Shown here: piece after piece, positions 11,001 through 23,600 of the stretch | Layout: every line of letters starts with the position of its first letter | Position numbering within the stretch: position 1 is the stretch's first letter | Program-made: the position numbers and the translations under genes | The notes under the pieces: model-generated | The model's input: the letters and a program-made list of their open reading frames with translations, nothing else | Databases searched by the model: none | What the model was told of the DNA's origin: nothing | Source: Convolutriloba macropyga | Lineage: Eukaryota | Assembly: GCF_964194025.1 (NCBI RefSeq) | Contig: NC_134470.1 | Location: forward strand, 79,732,001 to 79,796,000 | Length of the DNA stretch: 64,000 bases | Direction of reading: 5' to 3'

Positions 11001-13899
11001 ATACTACAAGTCAAATTAAAAGTGCGCCGAAACTGGTGGCATTTTTCACTTAAAATATTTTTTGTGGTATGTTGACCTGTATTGTCGTTATTTTAAGCCG
11101 AATTTTGAGAACTCCCCCCCCCCCCCCCCCCCCCCCCGACTGAAACAGGCTGCAATTGATTAAAGCTCCCACTAGTCGTTCGAGAGCAATTCTTCCGACG
11201 TTTAGTCGGTTATGTTTATTTAAAGCGCTTTCTAAGTCCCTCACGATCTGAGTTGACACATTTATAGTACATTTCGGAGCTAATTGCTGGTGGGTTGCTA
11301 CAAAAGTCAAATCAAAGCTATGTCAAAGTTATTTTGATTACCCAGTTCCAATCAATTTGTTTAAACGAGAGCCATTGGAACCCCCAGAGAATGTGAGCAC
11401 CAGCATCACTAGTTTGTTTAAAAAAGAAACAAATTAACTGTCCGTGTCGTTTGAAATGATTCTCTTCATGCATTGTTATTTGCTCTCAAACGAAGTTTGT
11501 AGCAATTATATTAGTCCTGTCGGTCTTTTTTTGTGCGATTTTTCGGTTGACCATCGGGTGTCGTCTGACGCATTGAATTTTCGTCCTCAAAAATGGGATG
11601 AACAGGTAGCGCCCAACGGGAATTAAGTGCTCTTAGAGTCTTTCAGATCACTATTCGTCAGGTCGATTCACAGAATCTGTTTTGGAGGCTTACACTTATG
11701 GCGCGAAGGGCGGTTCTTAGAGATTGACTCCCCCCCCACTGTTGCCACACCCCTTCAATTAAGCTAAAGCCAGCCGCACTAAACCGTGCCTAGCTACTGA
11801 CGAAGCCAATCGCTCGCCGGTCGTTTGAGAGCAATTCGACCGTCGTTAGCCGGTTATATTTTTAGATAGAAATCAATTGAAAAAAAAAGATATTCTAATG
11901 TTGGTTTCCGTTTTTACTTGTGAGCTGGTGTCACTTTTTGAACTGTTTTAAAGTTCTGTGATGGAAGCAAAGTAGATCGAACATAAATATACTTTTAAGA
12001 GAAATGAAGTGATAGCGATTCTGAGATTGAGCTTTTCGTGGTGGTTACTTTCTCGCGAACGGCAAATTATTTGCCACCAATTGTCGCCTAGTTTTTCAGA
12101 TAGGCAGTTCTGTGAGTCCAAAGTTTCCATTTTTTTCACATGAATGAGAGGTTATTATGTTGATTTTTTTATTGATGCTGGTTCCTTTGGATGGGTATGC
12201 TTCTTCGACGTCCCATATTTCGAGTTGCATACTAACGTCCCTTTAGAGCTACATTTCGCAGAGTTTTTGTTGCATTTTTTTTACGCTCCCTTCATTCTTC
12301 GGCCATTGTGCCCATGTTGAGGATAATAAGCAGTACCACAGCCAAGTAATTTAGATATAATTAAATCAAGATTGAAATCTTAATATTAGTATTTTATATG
12401 CTCTAATACCATCATTTTATACCCCCTCCCTGGCTTATGTAAGGCCACCCAATTAAAACCTCATCCGTAGATTTGAGAGAAGTTCAGCCGAACGTAGTCG
12501 GCTATGTATTGCAACTACTCGTTGTGAAAAGAGAGGGGGTTTAATGTCATCGAGGCGCTTTAATTGGTTGTATTAGAGCTTGTTATAGACCAATTTTAAG
12601 ATTTCAATTGCGTTATTTTATTTGCAGCAGTTCTTCTATTTTTTTGTGAGTTTGTCGCGTCAATCCTGTACTTTGAGGCAGTTTCGTTGTAGAACTAGCT
12701 GTCCTAATTCATAATGCTGTTGTTTTTCATATTTGGATTCCAATTTCATTTCATCCATAACGTTCGACTGTTTCTTTCTTTGTAGGTAACCGTTCATTTA
12801 GCTCTTTCTAGGATTGTTAACTTCTCTCAAGAGATGGTAGGGCAATTTTTGCAGCTCCTTTTTCGTCGTTGCTTTTGTCCAACTAATTTTATGTGACTTT
12901 TTAAACTGCTCTTGAACGAAGTTTAAAGCAATTATTTTAAACGTGCTAGTCTTTTTCATGCAAAATTTTTGTTTGACCGTTTTGACTTATCGACTAATTT
13001 TTACGCCCTTGACTTTTTCGTCTCGCGTCATCTAGCTTTCTCTTTCATAAGCGCCACCTGCTGAACTCACGTTGCGGCAGTTCACTACTGAAAGTCAAAT
13101 GAAAAGTGCGCCAAAATTGGTGCAAGTTTTTCACTTAAAATTTTATTGGAGGTTATAGTGGTATATGATAGCCTCTAATGACGTCATTTGAGCTCTGAGT
13201 GACTTTAACCCCCCCCCCCCCGCCGACTGAAACAGGCTGCAATAAATTCGAGCTCCCACTAGTCGTTTGAGATCAATTCTTCTGACGTTAGTTGGTTATA
13301 TTTTTGCATTTCTGATTTCTGTCGTTTCCATTCGGAATTGCATGCACCTTAACATAACTGTACGCGTTTTTTTCTGGTAGCTGTTTGCTATTGGGCTATG
13401 ATTACATGGCTTCATGAAGCTTGGAAAAAATCTTCAACAAAATTTCTCTAATTTTTCATTGAAATTTTAGGATTATGGATTTCTGACAATCTCAGAAGAC
13501 TTAAACACTGTCTGGAGTTCAATCAAAGATAAAACCTTCAATGATGAAGCGCCTTTTGAGCATTTTATGGAAGCGTTTTTTGGATCACTGCCTGAAGACG
13601 ACAGCTTCCTGGTAAAGAAAGTAATGCTCAAATTGGATCCAACGAGAACTGGCTTTGCAAATCCGGACAATTTCCTCAAGTTTTACAAATCTGGAAGAAG
13701 CGAAAGCCTGTATCGGTCCTTACAAAAGCTGTCTCTGCCAGATGTTAAAGAATACTTCTCGAACCGATCTGGAAGAATTTTGGATGAAATGACATGGGGC
13801 TCATTTAATGATTTCTATTTCGTCCTTAGTATCTGTATCCGTGATCCGAGTCTATTTAATCAGCTGATTTCTGAAACTTGGGGCGTACAATTTGAGTAA
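4949..13899 (+). CDS. CAPS2: Calcyphosin-2 (EF-hand protein), 3' part; exons 4949-5070, 5292-5527, 6088-6597, 13471-13899
   Basis: GT-AG exons join in frame. EAILVDQLSRSVLCDPAQ, LSKRVQFDARVVCRDG, ELSGIYFYYDNSIVVYELRQFGKQRYTSLPFI and EMTWGSFNDFYFVLSICIRDPSLFNQLISETWGV match recalled CAPS2 motifs (VEQLSRAVISDPEQ, KLQFDGRIVSR, IYEYRQFGKNRTNVLPFI, EVSYGEFEDYY...PWGI). Upstream exons were not found in the window. Confidence 0.85.
5292..5527 (+). CDS. CAPS2: CAPS2 exon
   Basis: aattttag acceptor; AAG|GTTAAA donor; encodes DQLSRSVLCDP...SLALK. Confidence 0.8.
5545..5710. mobile_element. Merlin-like MITE
   Basis: TIR GGATCTATTCTG...CAGAATAGATCC with a perfect 8-bp TSD GCGTTTTC. A partial copy follows at 5731-5835. 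Confidence 0.75.
6088..6597 (+). CDS. CAPS2: CAPS2 exon
   Basis: tttttcag acceptor; GTAAGT donor; 170 codons open. Confidence 0.85.
7344..7721 (+). mobile_element. HINE-2 family element (other copies 7987-8369, 9320-9720, 10823-11213, 11478-11857, 12903-13300, 39275-39745, 40361-40787, 41941-42286)
   Basis: Family termini: 5' (A/T)TTGCTCTCGAACGA; 3' TCGTTCGAGAGCAAT, then hairpin CCGAC-GTTTA-GTCGG and TTAT. Flanks are T-rich. Confidence 0.65.
9891..10043 (+). pseudogene. Truncated duplicate of the CAPS2 terminal exon
   Basis: Near-identical to 13471-13620 with an intact acceptor, then TAA at the duplication junction (10041-10043). Confidence 0.75.
13471..13899 (+). CDS. CAPS2: CAPS2 terminal exon (EF-hand region)
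   Basis: aattttag acceptor; ends WGVQFE-stop; AATAAA at 13991-13996. Confidence 0.85.
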   Translation, partial: DYGFLTISEDLNTVWSSIKDKTFNDEAPFEHFMEAFFGSLPEDDSFLVKKVMLKLDPTRTGFANPDNFLKFYKSGRSESLYRSLQKLSLPDVKEYFSNRSGRILDEMTWGSFNDFYFVLSICIRDPSLFNQLISETWGVQFE

Positions 13900-14177
13900 T
13901 ATCGCATTGGTAAGGTAAAAAAAATTGTGAGATTGTAGATATTTTAAAAGTGTACTTATTGTTGATATGTAAATAGTGTGCTTTGGAAAGAATAAAATTA
14001 GTCATTAGTTTCGATTGTCCAAAATGTTTTCATATAGTGTATATTAACAAGTGATAATCACAATTACAATGAGCAAATTTCTGACAACATTAACGTATAC
14101 GTGATCAGATGTTTCCACGATTCAATTGAAATAATTTCTACTTAAAGTTTGTATAAACAATGACGCGTTTAGAATTC

Positions 14178-14352
14178 GGGTCTTCTCCGTTTGTGCCCCC
14201 CCCCCCCCCTCCCAGTGGATGCATATTATTTGCAATCCCCACGCCCCCAGCCCCAGACGCTCATGGCATATTTTAACATACTGCTTTACTGTAATGGCAC
14301 GTGCTCTGTTACTAGGGGTGCATAACGTACTGGGGGCACAAATGCAAGATAC
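14178..14352. mobile_element. Merlin-like MITE
   Basis: Degenerate GG-starting TIR with a perfect 8-bp TSD TAGAATTC. Confidence 0.7.
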
Positions 14353-14454
14353 TAGAATTCTTTCCAGTTTAGAAGTCTTCTTGCATGGGCGAGTTTTTCT
14401 CTGATGCAACCAACGTTTTCCTTTGACTGTCAATAATATACACGAGTGCAAGGA

Positions 14455-14681
14455 TTAGTCGTCCGATATGAGAGACAGCTCCTGGTTATCATCTCCTTGT
14501 TCGGCGATGTCATCGATATTACCCTGTGTCTGTTGTCTGTCATTGACGAATACGATTGATTGAACTATGAAGCGCAGTGGGGACCTGCACTGTCTGATTA
14601 TGTTGATTGCTTGTTCTCTCGTAGCAGTAGTCAGGTCTTTCCCATTCACTGAGGTTAATCTGTCCCATGGATAAATACGGT
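14455..14681 (-). CDS. MPDZ: MPDZ-like terminal exon
   Basis: DRLTSVNGKDLTTATREQAINII...stop. Confidence 0.8.
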
Positions 14682-17600
14682 CTGAAATTCAAGCTAAGTA
14701 ATTACTGTTCCATAATGTTCTGCACAGAACCAAATTTATGCGAGAATATTGAAAACAGAGGCTTATAACGACGCCATCATCTGTTGAAGACGCTATTGTT
14801 GCGGTAAATCAACACAGTTTTGTACGCCAGGAATGTTCATAAATCTAGGCTTTTTTATTGATGCAGGTTGGCGTCGAAAAATTGGTGGAGTGTTAGAAAA
14901 AGATGCTCCGTATTCAGAAGTAACAATAGTTCTATGAAGTTTCAGAACAGTTTTCAACTTGGATGGATGTTTCTTAACAATTTTCTTGTTCGTGTTTTGC
15001 TTTTCAATTTGACAGCCTCAGAATTTGGATAGATTTTTATGAATACTTTTGTCTTTCAAGTAGGAGCCGAAGAACTTGTGTTAATTAGATACAAAATAAG
15101 GATGCTCGGTAATGTGCGTACGCACATAATGTTCCGACCGTGCTCATCCAGATTCTTGACTTAATTGGCTACCCAATGATGAAGAGATAGAAAACTTTCA
15201 GAAACATACACATCGTTCAATAAACAACCAAATACGATAATGCCACGCTAGAGGGCCGATGAAAGTTGCTGATAATAGGACTACTAGAAAAGACCAAAAT
15301 GAAAATCAATTAACAAACATTGTTAAGGACCAAAACTATAATAAACTGTATAATAAAATATAATAACCAAATATATAAAAAACAAAATCAAACTCGCATC
15401 AGATAAAAAGCAAATTAATTTAACCTATACTTTATTAGAAAAGATGTGGGACCTGTCCCCAATGCGACTGGTTAACAGTTCGACAAAAAAGAGCAAATAG
15501 GTGCGAAGTTCAAAAATACTTTTCCATTTTTGAAAACAATTAATTTCACAGTTATTAATGTCATTATATATCAACTGAAACCACTAAAATGTTCATTAAT
15601 ATATACATAGGAGATGTTCGAGACATGTCATTATCCAATTTTGGATAGTGCAAAATTTCAAAAACAATGGGATCAGCGATTTTTGTTATAATTCAAAAAG
15701 AAACCAAAAATCCTTTGAAATGTCCAAAGATATAAAAATCTAACACTTTATGTGATCTCATAGTGACAGTAGTAACAAAGCTGGGAAACAAGTAATTGAA
15801 GCTATAACCGTTATAAATTATAGCTCACTGGAAATGGGTTGTGGCCTGTGTTTACAGAGCTACAAATCTACCGAAAAACTATTTAAAAAAGACGAAGCTC
15901 AAAAACCCAGTTATTTTTTAAAACAATTTTTTTTTCAAAAGTCACAACAGACTTGGGATTACAACAACAATTGATGGATAAAGTTTCAACACCTCAGGAA
16001 TTCAATTAATAATGAGACTAAGTCACGAGCACGCAAAAAAACAAATTCACAAAGAAGCCAAAACTTCAAACAATTTTACGACGACACTGTTCAAGGCTCT
16101 ATAATTACAAGATGTTGCCTGCAAGAATTGTAAATCATCAATTTCGTTTCATTTTAAAATCAACAAGTCTTCCTTATAAAAGGACCACTAAGACATGACA
16201 AAAAGAAACCCAAAAATTGAACAGTATAGAAATCTCGAAAAGTTTTTCGAAGCAATCAGTCACAACATATAGCCAAGCGGGAAAAAAATGTTTGAGTCAA
16301 TAAAAGTAATTGAGACCTCCTATGAGTGAGGTTGAATTAGTTGGCGACGAAAATAAAAGCAATAAGGAGACAGATGAAAGAAATCTTTTTTTAAATTTAA
16401 TTTGAAAGTCATTGGAACAAACAGCTATAAACTGAAATCTTTAACCAGGTTGAAATATACCTCTTGAGGAAGCAATTAAGATCTATCTATATCGGGTATA
16501 TGGCCTACAACAACGACAAGAGAGAAAAACTTGGGCAAAATAAGAAATCAACAAAGTTTTGCGAGATAACTGTGTCTCAGCCCAAAAAGCATAAACTATT
16601 CAACAAAAATAATTAACTTATCCAGTTGCGACTTTTTCCAACGCTCTGATTTTTCCCTGCAATGCCTTCCTTTAATTGGACTTGTCAATAATGGGATAAT
16701 TTGACAAGGAAACAAAATGCACTAATAAAATATGCAATTATGATAAAAAAGATATTAAAAAAAATTGAAAACGAGTAGTACCAAAATAAAGAGACCATCA
16801 ATTGAATATAAATTTGTTACCATCATTAATTTAAGTCACAGGAAGTCGGTTTAAAGTCTTTACAGAAATTAGATAACAACTGAAAAAATTGTCTTGGCTC
16901 TTTTATATTTTTTAAAACTAACTGGATCTTTGATTGAGGACACTGAACTACAAAAATAAGAAATGAAAACAAAACGCAAGAATGCCAAAACTTTTACGAA
17001 AACAATTGGTCAGAGCCATAAAAATCATGAGCTTAGTTTTGAAAGCATAATATAAGCTCGTTGGGTCTCGTTTATTGTAAACAGTATCTGTCATTAATTG
17101 AGCCCTGATTTGAAATTCCCGTCCGTAATTTACATAAAAATGATTTAAACAGCGGAAATTTTCTGAAAAAAGATCGCGCCCAATTAGAACCTAAAAATTT
17201 TTTGAAAAGGATCCATGGTGAGATTGAGTTCGGCTCACATATTGCTGAGCGTCTAACAAAACACTCAATTATTGAAATGGTTGCGAAATAGATCAATTTT
17301 GTACAAAATTTTTTAGGTTGTCTTAAATAAAGCTTTTTGTATAATTATCGACTTAAAATTTGCAAAAAAATTGTGGCAAAATTTTAGTTCCAGAAGACTC
17401 TTAAAGCCAGCGGTAGTACAGATAGCTTTTTTTGAGCTTAAGAAGGATATGGCAGCAGTTTGATTGTGTCTATTTCCAGCAAATTTAAAGCAAGTGGTCT
17501 AAAAAAGCCATTTTTTCGACAAAAAAATTCTAAATTTTAGAAAAATACAGCATAAATTCTGGCCAAAAAAACTCGGATCGAACAATTAAGCAATCCTTCT

Positions 17601-20600
17601 CTATCTTTTGTTCAACTCTAATTTTTCAACTCTAATTTCAACTCTAAACCCTCAGATTCAACTCTAATTTTTCTTTCCAAATGGTGTTTCTTACCTATGA
17701 AAGAAATTCGCCCGTTTGGGAGCTCGTCTTTAAGTTGTTCTTTTGAATACATTTTTCTATTTTAGCCCTTTCCTAGGCATTTTTTTCGCCTTGGTCTTCT
17801 CTTCTTTTGATGCAACTGGTAGCATTTTGCAGTGTTTGTGTATACGAAATTTGAGTACATTGAGTCATAATTTGACCTCTTGTCTTTGTGAGTTTTTTTG
17901 CCGTGGATTGGAGCAAACAGGAGATCATCTGATAATGTATCGCAATTGGTAGATTTTTTAAATGTCAACAGATTTTTTTCAAACATAAATTATTACATTT
18001 AAATCAGCTTGGTTATCAAATTTTTGGTCTCTCAGATAAAAAACAACAAACGATTCATAAGGGAGCACTTAGAGTTTTTCAGAGAGTTTAATGTTTTTGA
18101 GATAGCCCATTGATTTTGTGTTTTGCTCTTACATACGATTGACTTCTCTCTGAACTATTAGTTCACGGCGGAGAATTATCTATCTTCTTTTCTGATCTCC
18201 GTCCGCTGTTTTGTACTTCAATCTTATTCCCCTTCATCTTATTCCTTTTATCTTATTCTTTTCCCCCTTATTTGGGTGGAAAAGATTTGTGAAATTTATC
18301 AATATACCATCAGGTGACAATGATTCAAACAATCTCCTTCTTTGGTCGGGCGAATAGGTAATGTAAAACAGTAAACTAGACGGCTCTTGCTAATAGCATT
18401 GTTGCAAATCCTCAAATAGTGATGATTGATAATGATTGTATGAGTTTACTCAACACAAGAGACCACACCTGCTCCTGAAAAGAGCGATTGTCACTTAACA
18501 CAGCCAATCGCTTACCAACAACATTGATACAAACCTGGCCCTTCCATGTCAGCGGGGCTTCCCTCTCGAATGCTCTGCACAATAATGCCAATTGCCGAGT
18601 AGTCAACGATACTGATTCCGAGAGGCTCGTCGTCTCCTTTCACGATCTCTACAAATCTCTTCGGTCCCAATGTTACCTAAATTCAATTGATCGATTCGAT
18701 TTTTTTCTATATTTTTTATTTATTGCGGACACTGCTTCAGTCTAGCAAACGTTCCTATTCTTCAAAAGTGTGAACGCAGTGTGAAATAAGATCGGAATCG
18801 AATTGAAATAAAGCTGGTTGGTTTTGCTTTTGATTTGAACAAAATATATTATCATTCTTGGCGATGATTAGTTTTGAAAATTCTGCTGCACGCTGCCAAA
18901 TTTCTTTGTAGCCATTATTGCAGCTTTTCGCTGAAATTTCGAATAATTTTTCATCTATGTCTTGAGAAAATAACTTATGGGATCTCTGAACGTTCAATTT
19001 TAAGTTCAATGGCAGTTCTGTTACAACCGTTGGATTTGATGATCCAACCTGGTCAAAGCTGGGTTCCTGACTCTGATTAACCGAATCGTTGATTGATGTC
19101 CGGTTGACCAGCATCGAATAGTCGGGAACTTGATTACTACCGGAAACCTGAGTTTTACTAGACTCTCCGGGAGGTACTTGCTCTGTAGAGCTTGGTACCT
19201 CCTCCCTGTATGCTTCTTCGGCACCCTCGCTGTTGAGGCTGTCTCTGGGAGTAGTTCGAGAACTTGTGGTTGATGGGATTTCCCCGTTTTGCAGAAAGTA
19301 TTCTGCGTCTTCACTCGAAACGAACTGAAGCTCGACTATGTTGTGGAACCTGGGGTCACTCATAGCCATTTGCATGATGCCTTGGAGCTCGGAAGGAACG
19401 CTGCCTAACTCGTACCCGTTGATGGCTATCAAATAGTCACCTGGAACAGCAGTACATGTAGAGTTGATCGAAGCGACAGTTCTGGAGTGAAAATTATCGA
19501 GTGTAGATAGATTTGTTCCGGTCTTGGCTCAATTGATACCGGTTTTCAACAATTTTCACCGGGGAATTGCTTCCTTGCTTCTTGTAATAGCTTCTTGTAA
19601 AATTTGGGTTCTCTTTTAGATAATTTAACTGCATGTTTTATACACCCGTTGCTGTCTTAATTCTCAGTAATATGATCCAAATATGAACAGCAGAAATGCC
19701 TCATGACTGTAGTGTACTCCTTTTGGAAGATTTTCAAATTCACTTGAGAAAGAAACGAATCGTTCGTATTTTTGTAAACAGATTTTGAAATTCTTCTAAA
19801 CCGAGTAAACTACAAGTCAGGAGGTATTTTTGATATTCTTATTTGAATCACACTACAGGGAATTTAGACAGTACCAGGTGTACATACAAAACATGCTGTT
19901 AAATTATCTGCAAGAGAACCCAAACACTGTTTATTATTTATTTTGTTTACATTTTCTTAGATTATTATGAATAAATTCGAGAGCCCTAGATGTAATCTAT
20001 ATGGATGCAAAAATGACCGTGGAAAGTAGTGACATAAATTGCGGACAGATGAGACGAGATATTGTAAAATTGTCCGCGATTTGCGGTGTCATGATCTTTT
20101 CATTTCTCATCCTTTTTTCATTGTTTTCTTAAACCATTCTTTAACCTGTGTAACCAATCAGTACGAAATTTTGTATCTGGTTAGATTTCCGATACAATAG
20201 TGATTAAAGTTTCATGCTCTCAAATTATTGTAAACTAACCTTCCTGAATTCTGCCATCTTCTCCGATTAGACCATCTGGAGAGATTGACCTGACTAGCAT
20301 GCCTGCATCGTTGAAAGGAAACTGTCGTCTCTTATCATGAGGAGACACCAGCCCCATTCCCATCAACTGGTTCGGCTGTTTCTCAATCACTATTGTCCGG
20401 AACAGGGCTTCAGGCCATTTTGTCAATTGACTGAGGGTGCTCCCGTCCTCTGGTTGAGGGCTGCCGATTTGTTCAGAAGCGGATGGTGTCTGGTCAACGT
20501 TTGAATTGGATTCGCTTCCTATCATCGCCTCAGCTAGTCTGTCGCTCACATCTTCAATGGTTCCAGTGTCATTAACGGGACCCTTTTTAGCGGTCGATAG

Positions 20601-23600
20601 CCTGGGTTTGATGTGGCTTGACTTTGATTTTGGGCTGGTCTCCTCATGAGCTTGATGTGCGTTTTCACTGGAGTTTGAGAGTGATGTAAGTGCATTTGGT
20701 GCTAAAGATTTAGATGTTGAGTTGGATCTGTTCGAGTGAGGGTGTCTGTCGTAGTTATTGGTATCACTTTTGGTGAGGTGCGATTCCAAACTCTCATCGC
20801 GGTTTGTTGACAAGGTATTATCAAGTCTGAAAAAATGAAAATAGGAATTAGCTTGTTATTACTCGGACATCAATGTATTAAGGTGTTTGTCTTTCTACTG
20901 GAATGTGTATTATAGAACACTGAAGTCTATGTAAATTTCAATTTTTAGTCTCAATAAAGAATATTAATGAAAGCTGCTAAAAAAGACTGTGCTCTTGGTG
21001 TTTTTAATCTTGAATGTTTAATTTTGAATGTTTAATTGATCTCGAACGAATTTTGAAGCAGTTAGTGTAAACATTTTGGTCTTTTACATGCAAATTATTC
21101 GCTTAGCTGTTTTTGCGCTTTTGTTCTAGAACATTCTTTGACTTCTTGATTGATTTTTTTCACACTTCAGTTCTTCTTTTTTGAGTGATCTAAGTTCCTT
21201 TAGGTCTGCAATTAAGTTAGTTGCTGGAAGTAATTAAGATGTCAGACTGCCACCCTGGAGGCAAGTAGTTCGAATCCCTGTGGGGTCTTCTTTTTTGCAC
21301 CCATAAAACATTTCTGAGCTACACCCCCTCTAAATTAAATTGCTCCCAACCTGTCGTGCGAGAGCAATTCGTCCGATATTAGTCGGTTTATGTTTATAGT
21401 TTAAAATGATAAAATTGTTTCTTGATAAGGTGTCCTGATTCCAATTGGCGGCGTCTTCATTGCTCCTACTTTTACTCCTCCTTGTTAGTGTTGCCTTTAA
21501 AATTTTTCCTTAATATTAAACGGTTTTCCGCTTTCTATTGTACTCCCCTCATTGAGTGTGCCATAATAGTAAACAGAAATTTGAATTGTTGCCCCCTCTC
21601 ACTGTGTGACAAATTTAAGAATTGTATCTCCAAAAATGGTTAGGGTGTACTTGAATACTCACATGTGGTAATCTTTCCTAGATTCTTGTTTGGCCCGATA
21701 CCCGACGAGAACCTCTTCCTCGCTTGCCTCGTGACTAGAAGCTGAGTTTTGAGCTTTGTTTCTTCTTCCCAAGTTTCTAAGTTCATTCCCAACTTCATTC
21801 CTTTGAGCTGAATACATCTTTTTGTTCACGCTCTTCAGCAATGGTTTGTCACTTTTGTCTTCCTTGACGCTTTCTTCTGTCAAGTTTTCTTGTCTGTCAT
21901 TCGGGTCACCGTCTTGTTCGTCGGCGTATTCGCTCCCGAAGTGGGTCATTTCACGCGGCGTTTCGCCCAAATCTGAGCCCTGGATTTGGTGATAGCTTGG
22001 TGGAATGTACTTGCGGATTCCGAATTTGATTTGCCCGTTTGGTAGCTGGTTCATGAGGCTAACGAAGTCTCTTCCGGGCCATTTTGAAGTGTCAAAGTTC
22101 ATGACCTGAAATTGGATATCATTATTTTCAAACTAGTGATCAAATGCGGAAACTCATACTGAGGAAATAAATGAGTTTCTTTATGTCGTTATCTTGTTCA
22201 GTAATCCGATAACAAATTAGCAGTCGTTATTACAAGGATGTTTTAACATACTTAAGCGGATAATTTAGTCCCATATATTCGGTTGTGGTAGTTTCAAATC
22301 AAGTTGTAAATGCTTCGTTTCAACTAGAATTATTTCTTAAGTGCTTGTAACAGGTCACTGTTAATTGCTGATGAAAACTGATTGCAGGCATCACTCGACT
22401 AGGCTATATAAGCCTTCTGATGTCCTCTCAAATTTAAGTGATGTGTTTGTATAAATAACAATAACATCTGTCCTTAGATTTGAAAACCGAATTTATTATA
22501 GTCCCATGGGCCATTTTATTATATAGTCGGCTAAATCGTCGTTCTGAGAGTGGCAGGTTGGGTATAATGGCATTGGGTATAATAATTGTCCTGACACCAT
22601 TTTTATGTTATTCTTATGATCATATTATCTAAATTGATTCGGACCGATACTATACAAGCGTGCAAATATGTATTGATTATATGTAACAAATCGTGGTTCA
22701 GCATTGGAGAAAATTTCATCAGTTTCATTGTGATCAATAGTTGAGATGTATGCTATTTGAGAAACTGAATGTTATGACATACCTGAACAATGCGGTCATT
22801 TGGGGCCAGAATGTCAGCTTTCTCCGCTTCGCCACCTTCCACAATTTCTTGAACCACAATGACGGGAACATCGTTTTCCAAATTGACTTGGGAAATTTTC
22901 AACCCCATGCTTTCACCCTCCACTTTGCGAACAGCGCAAAACTGAACCGTGGGTTCCCACGAGGACTCTACAAAGGTTATTGATCTCTCTGCTTCGGTTG
23001 TGGTGGCGTCGCCTCGTGAGTGTACCGAACTGAGCTCCAGTTCGTACGCGTTCGCTTTTGAGTCCGCAGCTGTTTCTGTTTTGGAGTGAATTGAACTCAA
23101 TTCTCCTTCGGGGAAGATTTCCTGGTACTCCGTCATCTTGGATCGCCGCAGTTCATCGTACTCATTATTGGAGGCGCTGTGGTAACTTACCACGCGCGGA
23201 TCGTCCGATGACACCTTTCTTTCCTGGTCCATCTGGGGAGATGTCCAGGTCTGGTATTTGGAAGTATCCGGGTGTGATTTTTTATTACCACCTTTATTTT
23301 TCGGTACTGGTTGAGCAGTTGTTGCTTTTTTCTTAGGAGCAATCACCATCTCCCGGTAGATATTTTGATCGGATTTTGAATGGGATTCGTTTGAAGTTTT
23401 AGTGATGTTTGGGTTCTTGTGTTTGATTAGTCTTTCGTTAGATTGTGATCTCCGTTCGATATCGCCCAATGTGTCGCCCTCGCTCAAATCTGATCTCTGA
23501 AAAATAAGAATTATAACAACAAATTGTGGTTGACTTGCGTCGTCAGGGATACGTGTCAAAATCAAGCTGGCATGTTGAAATTGATGTGTGCTTCGACTCA

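Larger units (their letters stand above)
6475..13620. repeat. ~3.55-kb direct tandem duplication (6475-10040 / 10076-13620)
   Basis: Near-identical sequence and ORF pairs (7615/11050, 7952/11444, 8460/11948). The copies are separated by a 35-nt filler at 10041-10075. Confidence 0.95.
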
